From Lama guanicoe (taxonomy: Eukaryota): DNA of 64,000 nucleotides. Positions 1 through 11,372 of the stretch are shown here, piece after piece (within the stretch, counting starts at the first letter, position 1; each line of letters starts with the position of its first letter). The DNA is taken from assembly GCA_013239625.1 (NCBI GenBank), contig MU053504.1, positions 808,001 through 872,000 of the forward strand, in the 5' to 3' direction. Position numbers and translations under genes: made by a program. Under the pieces are notes generated by a model. That model was not told the DNA's origin. It did no database searches and saw only the letters and a program-made list of their open reading frames with translations.

Positions 1-349
1 TTAGGATAATCCCCCAACCTCACTAGTGGATTCCACTATTAGCTATTCATTTCTTTGGCTTCAACCATTGAAGGTAGCTAAAAATAAAACTTCATTTGTA
101 TGAGAGTGCTCTGTTATCACACCTGGGTGTAAATTAATTTTCTTGAGGATAGGTATGAGTCAGTAGCAACAAAAAGCAAGCTGCAGAAAGGAGGCCACTA
201 GGAGCCCAGAAGAAAAGTAAGAGGGTAACTACTCACAGAAAAAATGGGATAAAATCAGTGAAGAAACATAAGTAAACTTTTTCTTTGGTAATTCTTCCCC
301 GAGATCAGCCCTCTCCCTCCACATCTACCAACTCCATCGTTCAGTCTTT

Positions 350-1070
350 TCATTCATTCATTGATTCATTCATTCATCCATTCAAGAAATGTTTGTTGAG
401 CACCTACTCTGTGCCAGAGCTTCTTTCAAGCACTGGGGCTGCAGTGGAGAATAAAATCCCTCCCTTCAGGAAGCATCCACTGTGGGGGACTACAATCAAT
501 AGACAAGTAAGCAAATGACAACGCGATCACTGTGATGGCTCTGTGAGCTATGAGGATGAGACAAGGTGGCTAGGGAGTTGGGGTGGGGTGGGGGTGGGCA
601 AGCTGCTTGGGCCAGGCTCCTTGAGGAGGGGGTGTTTGCACTGAGATGGGAAGGATGGGAAGAACTGGCTATGGAGATGCTGGGGGACAAGTGTTCCTTT
701 CAGAGGGAACAGCACATAGGAAGGCTCCGAGGTGGGACTGACCTGGGACCTTCCAGATACACTGAGGAGGCCAACATGATTAGAACCAAGTGCCTGAGGG
801 GGTAAGAGCGAGAATCCAGAGGGACAGGGCCAGACCCACAGAGCTTGAGGGCTCTTAGTTATGCCCTTGGATTTTTATTTTGAGTAAGATGGGAAACTAT
901 AAGAGTGCGCAAGGGGGTAACATGATCTAATTTTTATTTTTATTAAAGCACCCCTTGGTTGGCTGGAGGCTGCAGCAGCCATCCAGGTGGGAGCTACCCA
1001 TGGCTGGGCCCATGGGGATGACAGTGGTGGGGAGAGTGGGCAGAATGGAGATCTGTTTTTTTAGAGCTGG
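350..1070 (-). mobile_element. LINE-2 3' fragment
   Basis: (TTCA)n tail followed by tttgttgagcacctactctgtgccag, the reverse complement of the L2 3' terminus; L2-like body follows. Confidence 0.8.
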
Positions 1071-2401
1071 GACACACAGTCTGAATGAATGAGTGAGTGA
1101 AAGAATAAACACTTGAGGTGGGCACTAGGACATGCAGGCTCTAGTTCCTACTCTGCCACTGAGTTTCAGTGTGACTTGGGGCAAATCCTTTCCCCTCTTG
1201 GGCCTCGGTTTCCCCATCTCTGAAGTAAGGCCCAAGGAGGCTGGGACAGCTGACGCCAAGGCCTTCTGCCACAGGGACAGCCAGCCTTGGGTTCCTGAGC
1301 CCCTGGCGCTATCAGGGGCGGGGATTGCTCTCACTAGTTACTAATCCAGTCAGGCCTTGCTGGCCCCAGGGCAGCTGTGGAAACCCGGTGCTGATGTGGT
1401 GACTCACACTTATCCCTCTGCTGTCAGCAGAAACTGGGACAGCCAGGGGCCTGAGAGTCATCCGCAGGCTCGGAAAGGCTGGCAGGATGCCACTGTGCAG
1501 CTGGAGGAGGGAGCAGGCTGCCAGCACTGGGCTTCCCGAGCCCCTATGGGGACTGATGTTCTGGCCACTACAACCACTATGTCTTCCCATCCGGCCCAAG
1601 CGTGGCATCAGGGCTCTGCCCAACCTCCATGGGCTAATAGGAGGCACTGACAGGAGAACCTGCCATGTGCCCACTTAATCCCCTTTCCTGGTGCCATAGG
1701 CATTATTGCCCCCATTTAATTGATGAGGAAACTGAGGCCCAGAAAGTCGTGGGTGGCCAAGTCAGGAGTTGTACTAGATTTGACTAATTTCTCGCGTTGT
1801 TGCTTTGCTCTACCTCCTAAGTATGGAAATAACAGGAGTGAGAGAACGAAAGAGAAGCTAAATATATTTTAATAAATATAGAAAGTAAAGTCTCACCTCA
1901 TGTTTAACTGGGGCTGAGGACTTTTCAGACAAAAGCTCCTTCTTTTTACAGCCTGAAGTACTTCCTTTTTCCAGTGGTGATAAGCCTCTTGACCAATGTT
2001 CACAGCTCTTCTGCTGCTCATTTTTTCATTTGTACTTTCTGCATGTATTTATTGAGAGCCAAGGGCTCCTATGAGGCTCTGAGGAGCGGGGTCACAATAA
2101 TGAACAAAAAGTGACTTAGTGCCTGCACTCACTGGCTTATAAAGTAAAGAGGGTGAGACAGATATTAACAAAAAATTATTAAGACTCTACAGTCATTTTC
2201 TAATTGTGGCTTTGAGTAAGTTACTTCCTTCTCTGAGTTTCAGTTTCCTCCTTGTAAAAGGGGAGAGTGTCTCCCTCCGAGAGGCTGCTTTAAGGATCAG
2301 ATTAGCTATTCCCTGTCCCACAATACGTGCTCATTAAATATTAGGTGTTGCTTTTATCATTTGCTGTGAGTAACATAACTCCAACAGCCTACAGTTGATG
2401 A

Positions 2402-2870
2402 CTGTGTTAGCATGGTCCACAGAGAAGCAGATGTCGAGATTGGATTCGACAGGCAAGAGATTTTGAGAGAGGGAGCAGGAGAAGGCAGAGAGTCTTCAGA
2501 GCCGTAATGATGCAGGTCTGACCCTCAGGGATGAAGAGGAGGAGGAAGAGATAAGGCAGGAAGGAAGAGTCTCAGACTGCAGCACAATCCCAAGAAAGGT
2601 TCAGCCATGCCGATGGGGAGTCCTTGAGCCAAAGTCATTATTGCAGGGTTTCTGCATCTCTGCAGGATGGCCTGCTTCAGTAGCCCACCACATGCAGTCT
2701 ATTGGCTGAGAGCAGCCCACAGGAAGTGAGGGCTCCACCTGAACAAGGTAGTGTGTCCCCAGGGGCAGCAGCTGGGGCTGTCAATCAAACACACCCCTTG
2801 CAGCAGCGGATCTGACTGGTGCATTTTCATGGCTGCTACAGAAACCGGGTTTGGCCCTGGCACCACAGAG
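2402..2870. mobile_element. ERVL solo LTR, LTR16-like
   Basis: gaagcagatgtcgagattggattc, gcaggtctgacc, ctcagactgcagcac and attggctgagagcagccc resemble LTR16-family blocks. Confidence 0.6.
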
Positions 2871-5800
2871 TCCCCACATCCTGCACTGGCCCATCAGAAC
2901 GAGTTAGTGCAGTGTGCTGTGCCCTCACGGTGACAACTTCACTGGCCAGGGGAACTTCGGGGAGGCTGCTTGGCCACTGTCAAGAGACACACACCCTGGA
3001 CAAGTTTTAGATTGTGCAAGGTGCAAGGTAGGATGGGAACCAGACCAAACGGGGGCCCGTTTGGAGCAAACACTGCTGACTCTGGGAAGGGGAAGCTGCC
3101 ACTACTCTTGCAAAAGTCAAGTGAATCCAAAAATATACCAAGGAGACAGCTGCTGAGAGCCCTTGCTGTTCAGAGGAAATGAACTCTGGGGGGAGGCGGG
3201 GGCCACCACCTCCACGGAGGAAAGGTTGCTGGGGTGCTTCGATCTCACCCAAGTGGAAGGGACTTGAGTTTCCAGGAAAAGTTCCCTGCTCAGTGTGCGA
3301 AGGGACCTTTTCATTCATCAGGTCTAATCTTCTCATGACACATATGGTGAAATTGTGACCCAAATGGGGACAAGAGTTGCACAAAGAGTTACAAGCTGCT
3401 GAACTGAGTCTTGGCCCAGCTCGCTGACTCCCAGGGCAGGGCTTAGTCGTCTACGGCCAGCCCTGCAGATGTGGGAGGGGGAGGTGCCCAAAGAGGGGAC
3501 AGGGTGACATCCAGAAAAGGATGTGGAGACTGAGCAGGGAGGCTAAGGTTCAGAGACGGGGTGAGGGCTTCAAAAGGGGGTGGAGAGTCAGAGGGGAGTG
3601 GGGCTCAGAAGACAGGAGCCCTGATGGAGGGACACACATCCAGGGGCTGGGGTCGGGCTCTGGGGACACACAGGGGTCCCAGGCCTCCTGGCAGCAGCCT
3701 CCGTTCCCCTCCGGGGGTGGCGCACCTCACACCGTTCTCTGGGGCACCTGCGCTGCCACCAGGGAAGGACTGACACTCTCAGGCATTAGTCAGCTCGTGG
3801 TGGTTAAAAAAAGAAGCCTCGTGGCACTTGTGAGGAACACATTTCCCAGCTTCAGGCGCCAAGGGGCTGCCGCCTCCCCTGCACCAGCAGTTGCTGCCAC
3901 CACTGGGCTGGTGAGGGATTGGGCACAAAGGAGGAGGGGCCTGGAAAGGGCAGGGGCCCCCACTCCCAGGAGGCCTTCCTCCCCACATTGCAGCTTTGAA
4001 ATAATACCAAGGCCACAAACCATTAGCAGTAGTGTTTGTGACATCATCACTCTTGCCCCTGGCCCAGGTACACAGGGAGGGCTGTGGATAGATGCCCCAC
4101 CTCCTGGGCATGAGAGGTCATGGTGAGCATAGGGCTGGCCAGGAGGGTAGCCCGTGTGTGGTTAAGAGCTGCATGGGACCTCAGAGATCCCCCGCTTCAA
4201 CCCCCACCTCCCACTTCACAGAGAGGAGAGCTGAGGCTCTTGGGGGGCAGGGATAGTCCAATATCACATGGTAAGTTGTCAGGGTCTCCTGTCCTCAGGC
4301 CAGGGGTAATGTCAGCAAGATCTCTGGTACTTAAGAACCTGCCCACCCCCCAGCAAAAGCATGGAGAGTGATGGGTACCCTCCATCAGCACTGACTCTGC
4401 CAGTGCGCGTCTTCAGCAATTCTAGGAGGCAGGTGGTGCTCTGAATCCCATATTTCACAGGAGGAAGTTTAAGTGAGGTGCCAAATGCCTGGAGCTGGAA
4501 ACTGGTAAAACCAGGACTTCAACCCAGGCAGGAAGATTCCAGGGCCCACGCAGGTAACCTCCAGGCACCTGCCTCTTGTAAAACAGGCCAAGACAAAACT
4601 CAGCTCATAAGAACAACTGTTTACTCGACGCTGCCATTCATTGGCTTTACAGCGGAAGGTGCTGTGCTCAGTGCCCTACACAGACGCATTCATTCACTCA
4701 CCCGATACACACTGAGCATCAACCGTACATCAGACATCGGCATACAGCTGTCAGAAAAGGGGCAGGATGCCTGCCCTCTTAGAGCTGATGTTCTAATCTT
4801 CACATGAGGGAGGTATTTTTATCCCCATTTTGGATGAGGCACAGAGAAGTGGTGTCACTTGTCCAAGGTCACCCAGCAAGGAATAGCAAAACCCACACTT
4901 GAGCCTGGGCCTGGCTGAGGCCTCATCCCCTGCTTTGGGGGATCTTTTGCCAGCAATATCCCCAGAATGGGCTGAACCAGACATGGCTGCTCTGGTGTCC
5001 ATCCAGGGCTCAGACCCACCCAGAGCCCCTGAACGTGCCATCCCACGCAGCCTTCGCCTCAGTTCCCAACTGGCAGATGCACTAAGGACCCCGCCCTTTT
5101 CAAACTGTTGTGAGATTTCTTCCTCCCTTCCTCTCTCCCTTCTTTCCTAAAACTAATTACAGTGCCTCCTGACATTGTACAGACATCACAGTTTATGAAA
5201 CCCCTCCTCCTCTTCTGGAGGTTATTTTTTGCTCAGTTGTGCAGAAGAGAAAACCCAGGGGACTCAGAGAGATGAAGTGAGTCACCCAAGGTAGTGACCA
5301 GATCAGAATTCCAGCCCTGACATGTGTGCTTCAAAGTGGTCCCAGCCAGGGTCCTGGCAGGGTCCTGGCAGGAGTAGATGGCCCCATCCAGCTGGGTCAT
5401 CATTTGATGCTGGTTTCACAAAGGGATGATTTACAAGGGGATGGGCAGCATATAGGAACCCAGGAAGGATAAGGCGGTACCCCAGGTTGGTGTAAATGAT
5501 CTATTATCAACCAAAAGCGTGAGAGGAGAGAGAATCTGCAGACGTGGCCTTCAGGTGGGGGACACAGTCCATCTGAGATGACCCTGCAGGGAGTGAACTG
5601 GGGAATAAATACCCCGACCTCCCCTTCCTCCCTCCCGTGTCCTGTCAGTGTGCCCCATGGGCCAAGTCCAAGAGGCCAAAGGACAAGGGAGGCCATTGAC
5701 GTGGTTCCTGAGGGCCAACCTCCCAGGACAGAGAGAAGGGAGCAAGTGGGAGGAGGACCCGGCAGGGAAACCACAAGATCTCCAGGCAACGTCAAATGTG

Positions 5801-5944
5801 CTTCCCTTGTTACCGCCCTGCCCTTGGGCAGGCACTGTAGGCTCCATGGCCTATACCAGCAAGGCCACCATGAACGTGGAATAGTCAGTATGGCAAGGTC
5901 ACGATGCAGAAACCCACAAGCCCCAGTTCTCAAGGCTTCAAACA

Positions 5945-6113
5945 GTGGAAAACTTTCAGCTTGTGAGCCGGTCACTTGTTTTAGTAAATGAAGTTTCATC
6001 AGAACATAGCCACACTCGTTGACTCATTGTGCTTTCTGCTTCCTCGCAGAGTTGAGCGGCTGCAACAAGCCTAAAGTATTCATTTTCTGGCCAAGAAAGT
6101 TTGCCAACCTCTG
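5945..6113 (+). mobile_element. MER58A hAT-Charlie element nested in a MaLR-like LTR (~5870-6480)
   Basis: tgttttagtaaatgaagtttcatcagaacatagccac...gcagagttgagcggctgc...aagcctaaagtatt...aaagtttgccaacctctg. Confidence 0.75.
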
Positions 6114-6961
6114 TCTTAAAAAATAAAACAAAACAAAACGAAACGGAAAACAAACGTTTGTTTCTTACTCATGTTACACGTCCATCTCCAGTTGGCAGGG
6201 CCTCTGCTCTACATTGTCCTAGTCAGGCACCCAAGCTGGCAAGCCCTCGGGTCCAGAGCCCACCTGTCTCCCTGGCGGGGGGTGGAGGGAGCCAATGCTC
6301 AGCAGCTCTTCAGGCTTCATGAGGAAGAGACGTGCCTCACTTCTGCTCAGAGATCTTTCATTAAATCAAGTCCCACGGCTGCGCCTAACTTCAAAGGGCA
6401 GGAAAGCACAACCCTTCCACGTGCTCACAACGAGGAGAACAGGAAACAGATGGCAGACAGCGCCCCGACAACCACAGCCCGCGAACACGGCAAATGGGGT
6501 GAAACAAGGGGATGAGGATGCCATGTTTTACAGTGAACCTCACCAGACTTCCTACTGGGCGCAGAGCTCTGCTCAGCCAGGCAGGATCAAGCGGGGGCAG
6601 GGAGAAACTGGAGCCAACAGACGTGGCCACCCAGCCTCGCTCCCCAGCTTAATTCTGGTATATATGGAAACAGAGGCAGAAAGTTCTCAACACCCTTGAG
6701 ACCAGAAGGGCCCTGGGTCCTTTCCTTAGGACTCAGCCTTGAATATGTGTATATGGAGGGCAGGGAGTGAGGGATGGTCTTGAACCTAAACTTCTAGGGG
6801 CTCCTTTCTCTCCCCATCAGGAACCAGAAGTGCCTGGCCAAGGACCCAAGAGATCCTGACTCAGTTGCTGGCTCTATGACAAGTGACCCAGTGGTGTGGA
6901 GTCGGCCAGTCACTTTCCCTGTCCCAGCCTCTATTTTCTCAGCTGTAACAGTCACGTCACC

Positions 6962-7160
6962 CTGTGGTTCTCAAAGCGAGGTCCTGGGAACTGCAGCATC
7001 GCCAGGGACCAATTAGAAATGCAAAGTCTCACCATTGCCACTACCCCCACCCCCGCCAGCCCCAACCACTGAATAGAAACTCTGGCGGTGGGGCCCAGCA
7101 TTCTGGGTTTTAACAAGTCTCTCAGGTGACTCTGAGGCTCGCTCAAGTGTAAGAGCCGTG
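6962..7160 (+). mobile_element. MER5A hAT-Charlie non-autonomous DNA transposon
   Basis: gtggttctcaaag...ttagaaatgcaaagtctc...actgaatagaaactctggcggtggggcccagcattctgggttttaacaag. Confidence 0.85.
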
Positions 7161-7224
7161 GGTATGAAGTGAGGCTTAAATGAATTGAGATGTGCGAAGC
7201 CCAGGAACAAACCTGCTTTCCCGG

Positions 7225-8035
7225 CAGCTTCTCCACCTCCATAAATGACAACTCCATTCTCGCTCCAGACAAAAAGCCTGCAGTCATCCTGGATCAGGCT
7301 TTTCCCACCCCAAGCTTGTGGCTGAACCTTTAAAATATATCCAAAGGTGCCCCCCTCCACATCGTCTCCTCCACTCCTGCCGCCCCAGCCTCCATCCTCT
7401 GACACTCGCAGTAACTTTCTAGCCCATATTCCTGCCCTTGCTCCCTGCGGTACCTCCTCACCCCAGCAGCCAGAAGCATCTCTGAAAAACGAAATCAGAT
7501 TATTCCACTCCTCTGCTCAGAATCTGCAATGATTCCAGTCTCACTCAGAAGAAAATCCTACGGGCCCTGCTAGGGCTGACACCCACTGACCCCTCTACCT
7601 CCTCCCCGCCAGCCCCCTTCCCTCACCTGCTGTGCTCCAGCCGCGAGGACCTGCTCTCTGTTCCTCCAATGTGCCAGACACGCTCCCACCTCGGGGCCTT
7701 GGCTCCGGCTGGTTCCTCTGCCACAAATCCTTCCCTGGATATCCCCACATGCCCTCACCTCCTTCGGATCACCATTCAAATGTCACCACCTCGGAGAAGC
7801 CTTCTCTGACCCACCATGATGCGCGGTCCCCACCTCCTGCTTTGTTTCTCTCCACAGCACTTATCAGCTCCTGACACGCATCTCTGTTGTTTCTTCTGTT
7901 TATTGTCTGCCTCTCCCCACTCAGACACGAGGTCCGTGAGGCCAGGGACTGCTGTTTTGTTCCTTGCTACATCCCCAGTGCCTGCCCAGAATAGGCCCTT
8001 AATAAACATTTGTTGGGTGAATGAATGAATAAATA
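7225..8035 (+). mobile_element. LINE-2 3' fragment
   Basis: Pyrimidine-rich L2 body ending ccccagtgcctgcccagaataggcccttaataaacatttgttgggtgaatgaatgaat. Confidence 0.85.
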
Positions 8036-8189
8036 ATAAATTTAAAAAAACAACAACAAATAGGTAAATGCTGGTGCCCCTCCCTGCCTGCTCCTAGTGT
8101 CAATGACTTTGCCCAGGGCCCTGGCTGCATCCAGCACAAGGCTGCCCCACGGGCCTTGCCAAGAGTTACATCACAGAAAGAGCCCAGCA

Positions 8190-8430
8190 TTAAGAGCTGG
8201 GGCTTCTGTGTACCCGCCGCTCTAGAACCAGCAGGTCTGGGTTCACGTCTCTGCTCTCCAACTGTCCAGCCCTGTCACCTGGGGCAAGTCACTTCCCCTC
8301 TCTGATCCTCAATTTTCTCATCTCTAAAATGGGAACATGTTGATAATGTGTGCCTTATACCTTATCAGACTGCTGCAAGGACTCAGTAAGGGGCATGTGA
8401 AGGGCGCTGCACTCGAGACACAGAAATTGC
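8190..8430 (+). mobile_element. MIR SINE (one of several dozen MIR fragments in the window)
   Basis: Core gggcaagtcacttcccctctctgatcctcaattttctcatctctaaaatggg. Confidence 0.85.
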
Positions 8431-8861
8431 TATTATTTTGCTTTCTTCTAATCGAATACCCCATGGCCTGGGGTATTTGAGCAGCAGGGGGTTTATTCAG
8501 AGAATAACTGGCTTTGGGGAAAGGGGGCCTGGGCTTGCGTCCTAGCAGCCGCCATCTTGCTAGGCAACTTTGCACAAGTCAGGAGGCCTCTCTGGGCCTC
8601 CCTTTCTCCATCTGAGCAACGGGAGTAGGAGGTGTTGAAGAAGGTGGTCTCCGTGGTCCTTGCAGCTTTCCTCCCCAAGTCCTTCTGGAGAACCAGGCCC
8701 GAAGTCTGGGCTCACGAAGCCCTCTGTGAGGTCCCTGGGCTGAGCGGGCTGGCTCGTCCCCATTCTGTCTTCTCCCACCACACAGACTCCTTGTGGGGGC
8801 CCCTGGCAGGGAGGAGAGGCAGTCCTGGGTGGTGACAGGGTTGTGGCTGAGAGAACCAGAG

Positions 8862-9060
8862 CTCCAGATCCAAACTGGAACTCTGCCTCCCACAGCCGTG
8901 CGACTTGGGGTGAGTCACTTAACCTCTTGTGCCTTGGTGTCCTCATCTGTAAAATGGGAATAATTATAACTTGTGAGGATGAAATAAATTGCTATGTGCA
9001 AAGTATTTAAACAAGTGCTTTTGGCAGAAAATAACCACTATTATTACTATTAGCTGTTAT
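8862..9060 (+). mobile_element. MIR SINE
   Basis: gtgcgacttggggtgagtcacttaacctcttgtgccttggtgtcctcatctgtaaaatggg...gtgaggatgaaat. Confidence 0.85.
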
Positions 9061-9949
9061 TTTTACTGACAGCTGCAGCCAGTATTTGGACCAGGACCAA
9101 GCTGAGTGTTTCATAAACTTTGATTTGATTCTCAAAAATATCCTGTGACATTTTGGTCTCCATTTTAGAGGTGAAGAAGTTTGGCTTGGAGACTTAAGCC
9201 TCTTGCCCAAGGTCACATAGCTTGCAGATGGAGCTGAGTTTGAACCCAGTGCTCCCTCAAGCTAGCCGCTCGTCATGCTGTTTCCATTAGCTTTGTTTTA
9301 CTGATGGGAAACTGAGGCTCAGGGAACTCAATCCGGGCTCGAGTCCTGCTGGGCCTTTCACCAGGGCCTGCCTGAATCCAGGTACCTGGAGGCAGTGCTA
9401 TGGGGCTGTTTTACTCCATTTCATGGAGGAAAAAACTGAGGCTTAGGAGACGACGGAGCTCTCCTAGGTCACTCAACGTGGAGGCAGAGACAGGACCCAG
9501 GTCTGGCTGCCCACTAGGTGGATGGCGAGGTCTCCGAGGAAAGAGGCCCCAGCGCCTACTCCTCAGCTCTCTCAGCCCTGCAGCCCCCGCTCCTCCTCCC
9601 ATCCCTCTGCTTTATGACCTGTTTTATGAGCCCGGCCTGGCGGCTTCCACGTTGCCATGGGAACCAGCTCGTTGCAGGCTCCTGGCAGCCTGATCTGAGA
9701 TTGGTAATTTTAAGTCAGGAGCCAATCCTGGGGTGGGGGTGGGGAGTGGGAGGCCCAAGGGTCAATGTCTATGGGACCTCAGGGATGCCTGCCGCTCTAC
9801 CCTGCTCCAGCTCCCAGGTGCCAATGAGCTCAGGGACCTCACAGCTGAGAGATCATAGGGCCGTTAGCATCCTGGAGGGGACTGAGGCTGGCTGGAAAGT
9901 GAGATGGGCCAACAAGTGGGGTCATGGGAAGCCGATAGAGCTAGAGGGG

Positions 9950-10210
9950 TGGACACATATGCTTGGGGACACACAGAGACACAAGGACAGACAACAAAAA
10001 GGTCCTCACAATCGTATACATGACTCAGACACACACACACAGACAGAGTTATGTACACAGCAGCCACAGGGTCTATGTACCTATGTACACAGACACACAG
10101 AAGTCCAGAGAGGTGCTCCAGTGCCCAGACACATAGACGTCCAGAGACACACACAGAGGACACCCAGAGACACAAGCAGACATGCACACACACACACAGA
10201 CACACACATC
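9950..10210. repeat. Degenerate CA/GA-rich low-complexity tract
   Basis: Repeated acacagagacac-like units. Confidence 0.8.
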
Positions 10211-10290
10211 TAACCAGCTGTGTGAGCCAGGCACATTGGCCAACCTCTCTAAGACTCAGTCTGGTAATCTGTCAAATGAGTATCATAATT

Positions 10291-10810
10291 GCAGGGGGAC
10301 TCAAACAGATGTTTGTACACCGTGTTCAGAGCGGCATTATTCATGACAGCCAAGAGGTGGAAACAGCTCGAGTGTCCATCGACAGATAAATGGATAAACA
10401 GTGTGTGGCATAAACATACGATGGAGTACTATTCAGCCTGAAAAAGGAAGGAAATCCTGTCACAGGCTACAACACGGATGGACCTTGAAGATGTTATGCT
10501 GAGTGGAATAAGCCAGTCTCAAAAAGACAAATACTGCGTGATTCCATTTATATGAGGTACTCAGAGTAGTCAGATCCATAGCGACAGAAAGTGGAATGTT
10601 GGTTGCCAGGGGTGGGGGGAGGGGAGCGTGGGGAAGAATTGTTTAATGGGGACAGGGTTTCAGGTTTTCAAGATGAAAAGTGTTCAGGAGATGGATGGTG
10701 ACGATGGTTGCACAACAATGCAAATGTACTTAAAGCCACCGAACTGCACACCTAAAAATGGTTAAAATGGTCAATTTTATTTTATATATATATTTTACCA
10801 TTATAAAACA
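10291..10810 (+). mobile_element. Old LINE-1 3' end (L1MB-like), apparently interrupting a MIR
   Basis: ORF2 tail motifs (tggagtactattcagcc, tggaccttgaagatgttatgctgagtg) and an L1MB-type 3' UTR (gagatggatggtgacgatggttgcacaacaatg...aaaatggttaaaatggt). A MIR core lies immediately upstream at ~10213-10290. Confidence 0.85.
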
Positions 10811-10859
10811 ATTTTCTGGCGCACGCACACACACACACACACACAGACACCACCACTAC

Positions 10860-11372
10860 AACTAGATAAAGCCTCTGCTCAACACCTTTTCGCGGCTCCC
10901 GCCACACATCCAGCTTCCCGCAGCCCCACATGCTCTGCACCGCCGGCCTCTCTGACCAGCCTCCTCCCCAGCCCCTCGCTCATCTGCTCCGGCCCCACTG
11001 GCCTCCTTGCTCTTTTTCCAACCCACTAATTTCATGCCAGCCTTAGGGCCTTGGCACCTGCTGTCCCTTCTGCCGGGAAGGCTCTACCCCAGCCATCTAC
11101 AGGGCCTGTCCCTCCTCCCCCTCCAGCTCTCAGGTCCAATGTCACCTCCTCAGAGGTGCCCCCTGACCACCTGGACTCACAGCCCCCAACTCCTGACATC
11201 TTTTATCCCTTTACCTGAATCTATGTCTCTTCACAGCATCCATCACCACCCGAAATAACACATTATGCTTATCCGCTGTCTACTCAATTAGAATTTCCAC
11301 TCCCGAGGACAATGGCCTTAGAACAATACTTGGCACATAGTAGGTGCTCAGTAAACAGTTGTTGCCTGAATG
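10860..11372 (+). mobile_element. LINE-2 3' fragment
   Basis: Ends tggcacatagtaggtgctcagtaaacagttgttg...tgaatg (L2 terminus). Confidence 0.8.

Noticed and set aside
3521..4126. 201-aa ORF, and other ~200-aa ORFs at 5400, 15403, 26709, 36910 and 43842
   Set aside because: No recognisable homology or exon structure; several overlap ancient repeats; lengths are plausible by chance at this GC content.
9518..10213. 231-aa ORF, and similar His/Thr- or Cys/Val-rich ORFs at 30215-30672 and 45175-45603
   Set aside because: Openness comes from CA/TA dinucleotide tracts; no protein-like composition.
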